64,000 bases of DNA, taken from positions 62,001-126,000 of the forward strand of contig JAHLWZ010000022.1 in NCBI GenBank assembly GCA_020536535.1, written 5' to 3'. The notes below the pieces were generated by a model, which saw nothing but the letters and a program-made list of their open reading frames with translations, had not been told where the DNA came from and did no database searches. Made by a program: the position numbers and the translations under genes. Below are positions 1 through 14,000 of the stretch, one piece after another (within the stretch, counting starts at the first letter, position 1; each line of letters starts with the position of its first letter). Origin of the DNA: Pelomyxa schiedti. Taxonomy: Eukaryota; Protista; Evosea.

Positions 1-1588
1 CAAATAAAACAGCAAGCGCAGAAAGAATTGTCCGCTTGTTATTCTCATTGAGGTGTAGCGTGAAGTCATATGAAGGTACAGCAACAACAAGGCTCCAGGA
101 GGGAAAAAAGCTTTTTCGAAAAATAAACGCTTGGTATGGAAGGTAAACAACAAACCTAGTGAGTAAAGGGTATACACTCACAAAAGTTAAAACGGAATGG
201 CCATCCACTCTCAAATTTAGCTGTAACTGGGATGTGGAATTGAAAATAAGAGGTCTCTGCAAATGCAGAAGTTCGGTTCCCACTTGCGCTACTATAGTAT
301 CTTGGCAGTCGTAGACGGATATCAGAGACGAGTTTGCTGCGCGGCCTGCACAAGCGACAGATGATGCTATAATGTACCCAGAAGAGTTACAAAGAAAGAC
401 TACAGTGTCAGATGAAATGTTCAGCCCGTGTGCAAAGAAGTACGATAGGTTGTCGATTAAGAAGTCCTGGGAAAAAGGGCGTTAGATACACTTCAGAGGA
501 AGGTTTACATACGGTACCAAAGGAACCCATGTAAACACCACGAATAAAAACTGGTGCAAAAAAGGAGATAATTGTCTGAGAGGTATTATATGAAGTGGCC
601 TCTTGATGTGGTTGTTCCCACCAACTAGCATTCCCTAGATACTTGGGAAGCCATGTAAAAACGTCATAATACCCTGCAGAAGTCAAATTTTCACCTTTAT
701 TCGCATTACATGCCCATGTCAGTATAATGAAACGGGTATGAAGTGTTTTCGCCATTAGAGTCCAGAATCCACTCAAACTGATTGCTCAGTGTCCCATTCG
801 GATATATAACTACTTCCTATAAGAGTGATAACCTTGTCATTAGGTGCGCACTTGAAACTGTAAGATGCAACAAACCTGTCTGAAAGTTTTTCCAGCTACA
901 TTGTCATAGGAAATACATGTCATGTCCCCTTTCATAGATGCCCAGTAAACATATCGAACGTTATGCGACGGGTCCAGTCTTTTGGTCAAATCCCAGAAAA
1001 AGTGGTGCATTTCGAGGAAAGAAGGGACACTTGGGTTTGTTCCATTCCTTGTTGCCCAATCACTGCTTATTGTGGAAATACTGGAGGCAGAACCCAGATA
1101 GTTTATGCTGTTGCTTTTAGTGCAGAATGAGAAATGACTTTTATGTACGTTTTTTCATAGGCATTCGCGCAAATGGAGTCTGTTAGTGGAACCAACACAG
1201 AGTAGACACTGTCCCGTCCGGACTGAGTGGCAAGTATAACAGGGACAATGACTTTTTTTTTTTTTGAATTGATTGTCAGGGGGAGATAGTGGAGGAATGA
1301 GGCCTAACCTGAGACAATGACAACCACGCTTATAGAAAGAGCAAGAGCTACTTGTAGAGCCGCCGAAACACGTTTCCAAGAGCGCACGGAACGTCCACGT
1401 CCCTTTGGTTTTCCAGATTCCAACGACTTGACGTTGGAATCGCCGGGGGCCTTGGCCGCCCCTCCGTCCTCAACTCCCGGATCCATTACCTCCACTTCAG
1501 ATCTCGCTGATACGACGTTGCTCTGGATCTCCTGCACACTGCTCAACATCGAGCTCGTAAGACTTTTAACGCCGGTTGTCGTAGACAT
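1..1588 (-). CDS. Membrane receptor with extracellular dCache-like sensor domain between two TM helices (3' end outside window)
   Basis: N-terminal TM (VSAALQVALALSISVVVIVSG). Cache-like motif WWEQPH...IISFFAPVFIRGVYMGSFG at 408-776. Near position 1-115, WSLVVAVPSYDF is followed by a second hydrophobic helix (RTILSALAVLF). Multiple short introns. Confidence 0.55.
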
Positions 1589-1846
1589 CGAAAGCCGCCA
1601 CTGCTTGGTTGGTTGGATCTAGATCGCGCGTAATGATGTCGCTCGTTGCGTCGCAAAGCACGTAGCACCAGCAGGATCCTCCGGCCCCCGGTCGGGTGCG
1701 AATGAGAACAAGGTTTGTTTTGTTGGTTTTATGGAATTCAACGTCGCTTCTGTCGCGTTGAACCGAAATATCAAACGATTCGCCGCCGGGATTCGCTTGA
1801 TGAACTCAACAAAAACACTTTTTCGCCATTCTTGTAATAACTTCCT

Positions 1847-2637
1847 TCAGCAAACGCGGTTCGCGAACACCGCACACGCCATCAGTGACAACAACAAACA
1901 AACGGGAGATCCAGCGGTGTGTCCGTGTGCCGAATCTACGCTCTCAGATCTCGAGGTATTTGTTCCTGTCGGTGGGCACGCGTCGGCCTTGGCTACGCAC
2001 CTTTTTGGTTAAGGTTAGTCAGCAGCAAACACTACTTGTATTTACGTTTGTTTACCTCGTCGAGCAGAACATGCATGCGGGATTTGCTGTGCACATAGTG
2101 GCACTGCTTGAGTAAACTTCACAAACTGGACACGCATCTACAAGTCGTCGGCACGAATCGTCGAGTTTACAGTAGTTGCACCACGATGCAGTTTGGCTGT
2201 AATAATAAGAAGTAAAGGTAAATTTAGTGTTTAACTATGAAAAGTTACACACTTATATCGTAACCAACAGTCAAACAAATCAAATCAAACCAAACCAAAC
2301 CAAAATCAAATCAAGCAATATATACCCACCAGAATGTAGAATTGAGTGAATTGCAGCTTGGACAATCAGAGGGGTAAGGCACACAAGCGCCGCCGCAGTG
2401 GTGACACCCTAGCCACCTACAGGCCTGCGGATTGCTGGCAAGATATGAGCACCCACCACTGCCGTTGGTCTGTGGTGACATGTCCACGTCACTCCCTATC
2501 ACGCTGCTGTTACTGTCTGTGGTGTTCTCCATTTCCCCAATTTGTTGCAGTGCATCAGCATCTTGCTGTGCCGTCATTGTTGCCACTAGCACGGCAGCTG
2601 ACACTAGCATCAACAAACGAGCAGTAACCATCGCCAT
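1847..2637 (-). CDS. Small secreted or GPI-anchored cysteine-rich surface protein with three PSI-like repeats (3 exons)
   Basis: Signal peptide MAMVTARLLMLVSAAVLVATMTA. Splicing two GT-AG introns gives repeats CSYLASNPQACRWLGCHHCGGACVPYPSDCP, CNSLNSTFCQTASWCNYCKLDDSCRRLVDACP and CEVYSSSATMCTANPACMFCSTRCVAKADACP, then a hydrophobic tail VCLLLSLMACAVFANRVC*. Confidence 0.7.
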
Positions 2638-2756
2638 TTTTGTATTGCTACTTGGAGGAATAAATAGCCTTTTGTGTCATTTTATTCTTGTGTGGTGTTG
2701 TGACCAAGAAAGTGCTTTTTTGCGCAACTTTTTGGGTTTTTTTTTTTGGCGCTTCT

Positions 2757-4434
2757 TTAGGGGAGGGAATAAGTTAAGTTGCCCTCAGGATCCTCAGTCA
2801 CATTCGCTTCCTCTAATAGCTTGTCCAGAATCAACAGAGGGTCGAAGTTGTCCCTGCGAATTTTTTGTACATTAGAATGTGTGGCCCAAAGTTTGTTGCA
2901 GTGGGTATTTGTGATTGTAGTATTTCAGTCACCTGTGGATAAGTAGCTGTCCAATTGCAGACCGTAATGCAGCGTCGCTCTTTGGAGGGTGTGCTACCTG
3001 AGCCAGGCACCATTTCTGTGCTTTATCCTGGACCCGCACTAGTACCTCTGGGTAGGCTGATGCACGTTTTGGTTTGGCAGCGTGGGCTGGGGGTGCCTGT
3101 TTTGTGTGATGGGTCCATCAGGAAATTCGAACGCAGCTTTAGGGGAAATACGGTATTGATCTTCAGTTTGGTGCCAGTTTTCACCACTGCACCTACTGCG
3201 ACTAAGTAGTCCACCAAAGGTTCCTCCCTCATAGTGTAGGCGCCTCTACAGAATTTCTGCATGGTTGGCGTGAATTTAGCTCTAGTTTTCGGGGCTTGTT
3301 CCTGTGAATGCGTCAGATTTAACAAAGTGGGCTGCTACAAACTGGGTGTTTTTTTAGCCATTTGCGTATTTTAGGTAAGCTGCTCTCTACAGCTTGGTCC
3401 TGGAGTCTGTTGTTTGTTATGTTGAGTTTGTGCTTGGAGAAAGGATGACTTACGCGAGTGGATCATTTGCGACTACGACTTGAGGTACTTTTGGTTTGGG
3501 TGGTAAACTTGGTTTCTTTGGGGCGGTTGCTTTTGGAGGAGCAGAGGCCTTGGGAGGAGGCGGTACTTCTACAGGTGGCGGGGGTGGTATGGTGATAGTT
3601 GTGTCTATTGGAGGAGGAATTGGCGTTTTGGCAAGGAGAGGGACGTCAAACTTCACTGCAAAAGGTGTGGTTGCTGTTCTGCTTATCATTTGGATTGATT
3701 TCACTGTGAATTTCATTGGCTTCCAGTTCAAGGTCTTTATTTGCCTCTCTGTGGCAGCCTGCCAAATATAAGAGAATAAAAAGTGGGAGGATTAGCAACC
3801 TTGCCTCTGCATTGACCAAGTGTCAAGTGAGGATGGAATCCTCCTTCTCGAGCACTTAGATCAGTGCAACCAGGAAAAGTTTGGAGTAATAACTCTTCCA
3901 GTCCTTTCAGAGCATTCACAGGCTACAGAAAGAGCTAAGCTATATGCCAACAACATATAGATATTACCTCTGTGACAGGGAGGGCAAAAAATGTGCAAGA
4001 CGTTGGTCCGTGTTCAAAGAAGCTCAGTTGGTTGAATTCCACAGTAAACTGAGGGAAATTCGCCAAAGCTTCTCTCAATTTCCCAGCGGCTTGTGGAAAG
4101 TTTTTTTCAGGCCAAAACGGATACAACCTAAAGCAAGTCAATAACACCCAGACAAGCAACAAGGAAAGAACAAATGAAGGAAAAAAAAAAAAAAAAAACC
4201 CGTAAATAATGATAACAGGTTCAAAATTGATAATGATGAGGCATAACAAACATGTTGATATGGGGCATCCATCTCTGGTACGCCTTATCGTGTTCTTTCC
4301 TTATAGCCTGTATGGGACCCCATTGCTCCGCAGGCGGACTAACAACAACAGCGCTCGACACTACCTGTGGGCACTGGTGAGGAATCCATTATGGGTGGAA
4401 AAATCTACGGGCGGACATTGGTTATGGCAGCCAT
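2757..4434 (-). CDS. LENG9-like 2H phosphoesterase (2'-5' RNA ligase-like) with Pro-rich linker and two tandem winged-helix-like C-terminal repeats
   Basis: Spliced product SAVVVSPPAEQWGPIQAIRKEHDKAYQRWMPHIN-LYPF ... GFHPHLTLGQ carries two 2H-type His motifs (HIN, HLT). C-terminal repeats KIRKWL..PKT... and KAQKWC..PKS...LTYSLP*. Confidence 0.75.
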
Positions 4435-4627
4435 TGTCGTCTGGCAACGTTTGAGGTTTTTTTCAATATATTTTATTTTCTTTTAAATCAACGGAAACTG
4501 AAAAAGTCTCAGTTCGGAATTGATGAGGAAGCCTGAGGGCGTTGCTGAATACGTGGACCAGGTGCCCTCAGGCAATGAGGAAAAGATTTTTTTTTTTGGG
4601 AAATAAGGAGAGAAGTATGTGGGGGCA

Positions 4628-5821
4628 CTACTCTGATATCAACAGAGATTCACACTTTGCACACTTGACCAGGGTGTTGAGTAAATCACCACAGCGATCA
4701 ATTGGAAACCCGGCAAGTGCACACAATGTAACAGCAGCAGGCCACTGCCTCATGTCGAAGAGCCTGTTTTCCACGTTGTTGTCAGGCAGTGCGTACCAAT
4801 TTGAGACGAGATCATGCTTATGAGCCAATTTTATCCACGGAGCCACTGGTTCTAATTCCTCGTCTTTGAGAGCTCTCAAATTCTCAGGCATCCAGCATGG
4901 TGGTGGACGCGGAACTGATCCGCACTCCTCAACGCAGTACCACACACCAACATATGATGACCTATCATCAGGATCAGGTGAATAGTCGAAAGCCTCGGGG
5001 TAACCAGGAGGCACCGCAGTCGAAATCATTCCATAGCAATAGAAAAACACCCGCTGTGATGATGATGTGGTACCAGCCTGTGGAGCTGGATAGAACCAAA
5101 CCGCACCTTTCAGGGCATTATCTCTGGTCTCTCCGGTGCTCTCAGCCCACGTGCTCTCATACACGATTGCGTGAACTTTTTCCTCGAATATCTTGGGATT
5201 CATGCCCGGCCTCAAAAACGGCCGGCTCTCCGCCTTCAGTATTGACTCGTTCACTTTCACTATCCACCTCTTCGAGTGCACCGCCCTCTGAACAATCCGC
5301 ACGGCCTTTGCTAGGTCCCTCTCATCTTCCCTGTCCCTCTGCACCGACGCTTCTGTCACCTGGTCATCACGGTGCGCAATAGGAGCAGTCACCAGGCCGA
5401 GGTTTGGCCTCACAAACGACCTCGCGCGCATCACCACGCTGACCCTATCGCACGCCGCAAGGCACCTCCTTGAGCACAGTGCGAAGTTGCATATGCACGA
5501 GAACCGGCCGGCACTGCTCACAGAGGGTTTGTCGTCGTCTTCAACAGAAACAGCAGCAGCGGCACTGCTCTTGCTCGTGTTCTTGTTTTTGTGGGGGAGG
5601 GGGGACGCTGGGCAGGGATGCGGCGGAAACGGAGGGCACAGCAAAAAAGCCGCGATGACGTCCATCACCGAAGCGGGGACAACTTGGTCCAGGGGCAAGG
5701 GAGAGCCGTGGGTGGCGGGGCCATGATGCTCAACAGGGCGTTGGACTTGTTGTTGTCGTTGTTGTGGAGATGTCGAGGTGGATGAGAGGATTACCACATT
5801 CCCTCGCCTACGTCGCTTCAT
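4628..5821 (-). CDS. Intronless 397-aa hypothetical protein, possible F-box-like N-terminal helix motif
   Basis: Long uninterrupted ORF. Low-complexity N-terminus followed by VVPASVMDVIAAFL...CICNFALCSRRCLAAC. Confidence 0.6.
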   Translation of the reverse strand: MKRRRRGNVVILSSTSTSPQQRQQQVQRPVEHHGPATHGSPLPLDQVVPASVMDVIAAFLLCPPFPPHPCPASPLPHKNKNTSKSSAAAAVSVEDDDKPSVSSAGRFSCICNFALCSRRCLAACDRVSVVMRARSFVRPNLGLVTAPIAHRDDQVTEASVQRDREDERDLAKAVRIVQRAVHSKRWIVKVNESILKAESRPFLRPGMNPKIFEEKVHAIVYESTWAESTGETRDNALKGAVWFYPAPQAGTTSSSQRVFFYCYGMISTAVPPGYPEAFDYSPDPDDRSSYVGVWYCVEECGSVPRPPPCWMPENLRALKDEELEPVAPWIKLAHKHDLVSNWYALPDNNVENRLFDMRQWPAAVTLCALAGFPIDRCGDLLNTLVKCAKCESLLISE

Positions 5822-6573
5822 CGCAGATCACGGGACCGGCGGGGAGGGACAACACCCTGCCCGTAAATAGACGAAGATCAAAGCACCTAAACACAACTTT
5901 TTGCTCGACAATCATTTTTTCTACGCCGGAAGGCTCCCGTAATTCAGTTTGGACCAGTTGATGGTGCGGGCTTACGGCTGCTGTTCGGTCTAAAATTTCG
6001 GTTGGTTGGGAGTGCACAAAGTGCCTTCACTTCATCGCAAATTTTCTTTAAATCAGTTGATTAATGGCAAGTAGACTATACCGACAACAGGCGTACATCG
6101 TGATGTGATGCGTCAGCATTTCATCGCCATAGAGGTTACCTTCTAGACGCAATGTCTGGAAGGTGGCCTCAACAAACCCTCCCGCCCTGTCCCACAATGG
6201 TGTCTCCCTGCAAAGGGTGACGTTGGAGTGGGACTGGGGCACTTTTCAAAACAAACCCCTGTGAAGCACACAACCACAACAGCCAACCATTTTTTTTAGG
6301 CTTCAAGGTTGCTGGCAGTCTTCTCTTGACACAATTGGGGTTAGTTTCGAAAAGTGCCCAACAATCGCACAGTGTGTTCAAGGAAAAAACCAGGAAACCG
6401 GCCGAAGATGTGCAAGGTAACGACACACCAAGTGCAACCGAAGAAACACGCTCTCGACAGACTTCCCAAAGGGTCCATGCTCGGCTGATGTCATAACTGC
6501 CAGTCAGGTACCTGAAATGATGATTTCTTCGAAAACTTCTTTCAAGATCAAAAAAAAAATTTCCACCAAGCCA

Positions 6574-8190
6574 ATGCACGTCGGCGCTGCGGACGATAAC
6601 ATGGACCAGGTACACCTTTTTTTTTTTTTTCATTTCTTGAGTAGGGATGTATTTTCTCCTTGTATATTTATTGTACATTGGTTTTTTTTTTTTTTAACCT
6701 GCTGTACTTATTTCTACTCCTCCTTGCTGTTCTTAAAGCCTCTGTTTCCCACGAGTTCCTTGTATGCCGCCGGTTTGACGTCATCCACGTCTTCTTCGCT
6801 CGACATCAACTCGTCGTCATCAACTCCGCCTCACTCCACGTCACCCTCGCCACTCATTTCCACATCATCCTCGTTGTCACCGTCGTCGGCGGGCGGCAAC
6901 GTGCTCGGCGGCGGCGGCAACCTCACGGCCACGGTCTCTGCTCTTTCTTCCGCAGTTTCGTCGACACTCGCTGCACTGGCTCCCGCACAGTCGCAGTCAC
7001 CCCACCTCGTCTCTAGCGCTACGTCATTGATCACATCATCCGTGGCTTCGGCTGTCGCTGCTTCGGCCGTTGCGGCTGTGAACGCCGTGGCGGGCTCGCT
7101 GCCGGAAGGGGGCACGAGTGCACGCGACAGCGGCGCCGGCGGCGTCCAAATGCTACCTTCAGGGCCTGACAGCGAGGAGAGCAAAGTCGGGGACTATTTC
7201 ATCAAAACGGGCAGAAGATATGTTGATAAGAGTGTGAGCATACCCTTTTGCTTTCTTACCTTTTGAACTAACTTGGCATACCATTTGTTTTTCTCACCTA
7301 CAGTTGTCAAGCTTCCTCCCAATAACAACACTCCGCTCATATTTTCAAGTCAACAATTCATACGTATACTATAAATTAAGGTATTCCCAAGTTCTTTCCA
7401 CACTCCAGGTTACTAAAAGCCAACAGGATGCTACTCTTACCGTTCCTTCATAAAGTATGTTGGACACCTCTTCAGTCATTCTAACAAGGTTTTAGGGTAC
7501 ATGGGTAAGACAAGCACAACACACAGATGATGGCTCGGCAGTATATTTGCCTCCCAAGGGAGACATCAACGCTCCTGATTTGTATATTCCAACAATGTCT
7601 TTCGTAACTTATGTACTTGTCGTTGCCTTCGTCCTCGGTATTCGGGGAAAGTGTGCGAGTAAAAATACTGCCACATCTCACTTTGTACCAGATTTGCTCC
7701 CGAAATTCTGGGGTTAACTGCAAGCAGTGGTTTGGTGACTCTACTACTGGAACTGGCATTCATTAAGTTCATGTTTTACTTAGTTGGTGCGGCTTCAATT
7801 GCATTTGTGGATCTTGTTGCATACTGTGGATATATTTTCGTGCCGTAAGCAACAAAATTCCTGTATTTGCAAAGTTTGAACTTACCATCCGCCAGTGTTG
7901 TAGTTACAATGTTCATGTGGCTCTTTTTTGGTAGATACGGATATTATTCATCGATATTAATTTTTGGATTCTTCCAGTGTTATGTAATGGTGCGTTTCCT
8001 TTTCCCTGTGATAACTTCCCCTTACGAACTGAACGGATCACACCCAGAACAAAACACTTGGAAGTGTGCTGCTTGTAGACCCGGTTGTTGAGGGTGATGC
8101 AAGACCCTCACACCACGCTCCCCGTCGCACTGTTTTACTGGTCATTTCAGGCCTGCAAGTCCTGCTCACCTACTTTCTCAGTTGTGTATG
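6574..8190 (+). CDS. YIF1: YIF1/Hrf1 family ER-Golgi transport membrane protein
   Basis: Spliced exons give [37 protein letters not shown] and FVDLVAYCGYIFV, characteristic of YIF1. Ser/Ala-rich N-terminal extension. Start codon approximate. Confidence 0.85.
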
Positions 8191-8425
8191 ACCTCCTTGT
8201 TGTCTGGCCCCACTTTTTGTAAAAAGCAAAACAAATCACATCACATACAACACACTCAAAAACTCTAAGTGCCCCCCCAATGCACCTATGTTGAAGTCAC
8301 CACTTCGCTCAAATAAATTAATTCCACACGGGTTTTCAGCAAAAAAAAAAGCCCTCGCTTCGTTTTTTCAGCCGAAATCAAACAACAAAAAACAAAGGCA
8401 CCACGCCCAAAGACATTGATACATA

Positions 8426-10343
<1,918 letters not shown>

Positions 10344-10435
10344 GTCAAAAACAGGAACACAAAATCCGATGTTGTCTTTTTCTGTTCTTGCTCAGAAGCC
10401 CCATAAGAAAATTGCAATTCCACACAAAAACTAAA

Positions 10436-11025
10436 ATTAAAAAAAAATAAAAAATTTGCATCATAAATTTCTGTTTCTTGTGAATGGGCCCAGGCGATAC
10501 GCGCCATGGCCCACCATCAAAAATGGTGTACTAGGATCCAAATAGACCCACACCAGAGAACATTCCTTACGCGTGCAAGAAGGACGACTCCAGCACACCC
10601 CCACCCTTTTTGATCAGTGTGAGTGAGTACAAGGTATGTATTGGAGATACATCCTGAACCTCGCAGGACTACGCGACCGGGAATTCCGGTAGCTTATGGG
10701 ATTCCTTTGTGATTGGAAATTCTCCGGACCCATAATTGGTTGTGTTGAAGGGGACCATTAAAAACCGAAAGGGGATCCATAGGTGTCTCTTCATACATAC
10801 CTGACTGTGTGCACTGCTCGATCAACAAGGAGTGGTGCGCTTGTGGTCGTCCGATACCTTGCACTCGTATTGTGATGATTGCATTGGGATTCCCCCAACA
10901 GGGATCCCAGCAGTGTAATTTTTGTTGAGTGGAGTTTGCATCTTGTGTGCGAACTCCAAATCACCATCAAAACAAAGAAAAAAGCTATCGGTTGTTGTTC
11001 GGAATTGGAAGAATCCTGAGAACAT
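10436..11025 (-). CDS. Possible small multi-exon hypothetical protein
   Basis: Short ORF segments (MFSGFFQFRTTTDSFFLCFDGDLEF..., VCMKRHLWIPFRF..., YTIFDGGPWRVSPG) separated by plausible GT-AG introns. No recognised homology; start uncertain. Confidence 0.3.
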
Positions 11026-11098
11026 AGGACTATGTATGAATGTTTATTGTGGGACTGACATACTGGCAGTCGAATAAATGAGGGGTATTTATTTGCCA

Positions 11099-14000
11099 TT
11101 AACTGTGAAAGAGAAGGCTGTTTTATAAGTAAATTGTTACTCAAAATCGTCATCCTCATCACTCCACCCATCGTCTGAACCGTCCTGTGTGAATGTAAAT
11201 ATATCGCTGGAATTGTATGAAAAAGGGCTGATGTACCACAGCAGGCCTCCGGGAGCTGATGGCAGCTGTAAGGGCACTTACAAGTGACTTCCCTTCAGTT
11301 GAATCCACCGCGGGTGGTGGTTGCTCTGTGCGGAGTGTTTTTCGGAGTGCGGTCCCAGCAACTATACTGTCCAGCAGGGCTTTGTTACTCACAGTCTGTG
11401 TAGTGTTGTTGGTTACTGTTGACATTCAGTTATAATTGAAATGTATACTAATAGTATTTATACGCTTGTCTACTATTTGGTGGGGGGTTAGGGCACACCC
11501 TGTTAATATTTGGAGGAGCATTAGTTGCCTTTGGAGGTGGTGGAGGAGGAGGGGCTGAGGAGGAAGAGGGAGGAGGTGGTGGGGGTGGGGGTGGTGGTGG
11601 AGGGGGTTGTGGAGAAGATGTATCCTCTTCTGTGGTACGACTCCGGGGAGGCAGAGGAGGAGGTGGGGCTGATTCGTCTTCAGTGGGAGGCGGGGGTGCT
11701 GGTGGCAAATCCAAGTCCGGTTCAACTTCAATGTCATCAGGAGGGTGTGGTGCGGGAACTTCGGGCTTCGGTGGTGGGGGTGGGGGTGGTGTGTCAAGTG
11801 GGTCCTCAGATACATTGGCTGCGACTGTTTCAGTGGGTGTTCTTGAAGGCAATGGTGGTGTTTGGATGGGGGTCACTGGCGGTGTTGCTGAAGTGGTTGA
11901 GGATGGTATAGAATTTGCAGATGGCGAGTTTTGTGCGACTGAAACAGGAGTAGGCGTGCGTAGTGGGGATGGTGAGGAATCTCTCGGCTGCGCTGTTGCT
12001 GGGTTTGCCTGTGCTGTTGCTGGGTTTGTCTGCGCTGGGGGTGCTTGAGAAGGGGCTTGCTTGGTTTGCTCTGCCCGTTTTTGGGCAATGATCTTAGGAC
12101 ATAAGTGGGAGAATAAAAAATAAGGAAGCAACCTGCATAACAACTTTACGAATTTCCGGCCTCTGTAAATCTTTCCTGGAAATACCTGCTGCCTGAAAAA
12201 GTTTTTTCCATTCCTCCCAGTTCAAATTTTCGGGGTTCTTTTGATGTGTTATTTCCCGTTTTGCAGTACGAAAGGATAAAAAGTTTCAAACATACATCAG
12301 AGACTGCTTTAACAACAGAACCATTTTCTATTGGAAGACTTATATCTTTTGTGTACGCAATCATTATTTTGACATGCAATTTTCCAGATTGCACTCCCTT
12401 TTTGTTTTAGAAATGCACAATTAAAGCAAAGGGGCAACCTCCAGGCAGACCCACCTATCTTGCCAGTAGTCTGGTACAGTATTTAAATCAATGGTACTAC
12501 CGCCCAAATCATCAGATGAGAAGAAGTCTTTGTCCTTTACAGAACTCAATATATAATATTGGGAAAGAAATATCATCATACCCAGGCATGCAACTTCAGA
12601 GGTTTATTTATGTCTTTGATTTCGATTGAAAAAGATTCATTCCACTTTAAAAAAAAGTTATAAAATGCAGTACAGGAAAGTTCATACAATGGCATGCCTC
12701 CTTGCAGCAAGAGACTTTTTTACAACCTTCGTTTTTGGCTTGTGTCCATCATGCTCCTACGTGACACTAGGTAAGGGGAGTAAATTAGGAAAAGCTTACC
12801 ACAATAATATATGGTGCTGTCTTTCCGTCATAATCTCCAGCAATAAGATCCATGGATTCCATTACGTAAACATGAACCCACATCTTGTAGTTGTCAAAGA
12901 TGCCACATGTTACTGTGATTAAACCTTCCCAGGTTTTCGTTCAATTTTAGCAGACACCTGTAGATCTCTGTCACTAGAAGTATCAGCATAATTTCGAGAT
13001 TGAATTCGAGGTGGCTTAGGGGGGCCACTTGGGATATTGGGATCGGGACTAGGCGACGTAACCGAAGTCGGAGGAGGGGTTATCACCACCATTTGTGGGG
13101 CAGTCTTTGTGTCTGTTACCTGTATTCCTGTCACTGAGGAAAATACATTTGCAGCACTACCACTACAGTTGATGCTTTAAGCTTCCTTGCTTCGTCAGCC
13201 CCACCTTGCTTTCTTCCATCTTCAAAGGCTTGTTTTCTGGCAGCTTCCTCAGAACTTTTCTGTTGGGCAAGAACTTCTGCTGCAGCTCTTCTTTCTTTTT
13301 CAATTGCTTCTTGAACTGCTCTTTTGTTTTCTTCCTCTTGAACTTTTCGTCGGCTCTCCTCCACTGCCGCTTTTCTCGTTGCTTCCTCTACAGCCAAGCG
13401 CATAGCTTCTGTGTGAGTATTTGCATCAATTTGTGCTTGTGTCACAGCCCGCTGGAGTGCAGCTTCAGCTGCAGCTTTTCTTGCCGCTTCATCGGCAGCG
13501 GTGCGTCTCATCATGCCTTCAGCTTGGGCAAGTCTAGCTGCCTCGTCTTCTGCTGCTTTTCTCTTTGCCTGTTCTAGAGCTAATGCTTTATCAGCTTGCT
13601 CTCTGGCTTGCTGTGCTTGTCGTAACATTTCTTCCTCGGCAGCTTTTCGTCGGGCTATTTCTTCTGCAGCTGCCTTATCTGCTTGCTCTCTTGCCCTTAA
13701 GAGACGTTGTGCTTCCCCCTCTGCTGCCAACCTCCTGGCTTGTTCTTCAGCGGCAATTCTGCTTGCTTGCTCTCGATCACGGGCCAAGCGGGCAGCTTCT
13801 TCCTCCAATGCTCGCCTCCTCATTTGCTCCTCGGCCGCCGCGCGAGCAGCAAGTTCTTCCTTCGATTTCAATTGTGCCGCTTCTTGTGCTTTTCTTTGTG
13901 CTTCTTCTTCTGCCCTTTGCTTCTCAGCAGTGAGTCTTCTGGCAGTCTCTTCTGCTTGAAGTCTAAGTGATTTAGTGGACTATGGGGAGAGTAATGGAAG

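Noticed and set aside
5850-6550. Short ORFs in the spacer between the orphan gene and YIF1
   Set aside because: No recognisable motifs or consistent splice pattern; neither a gene nor an ncRNA can be supported.
11097-11102. TAATG stop/start overlap after the WASP-like gene (possible termination-reinitiation)
   Set aside because: The MANKYPS frame does not splice convincingly into the downstream coding-like frame, and the stop position itself is ambiguous.
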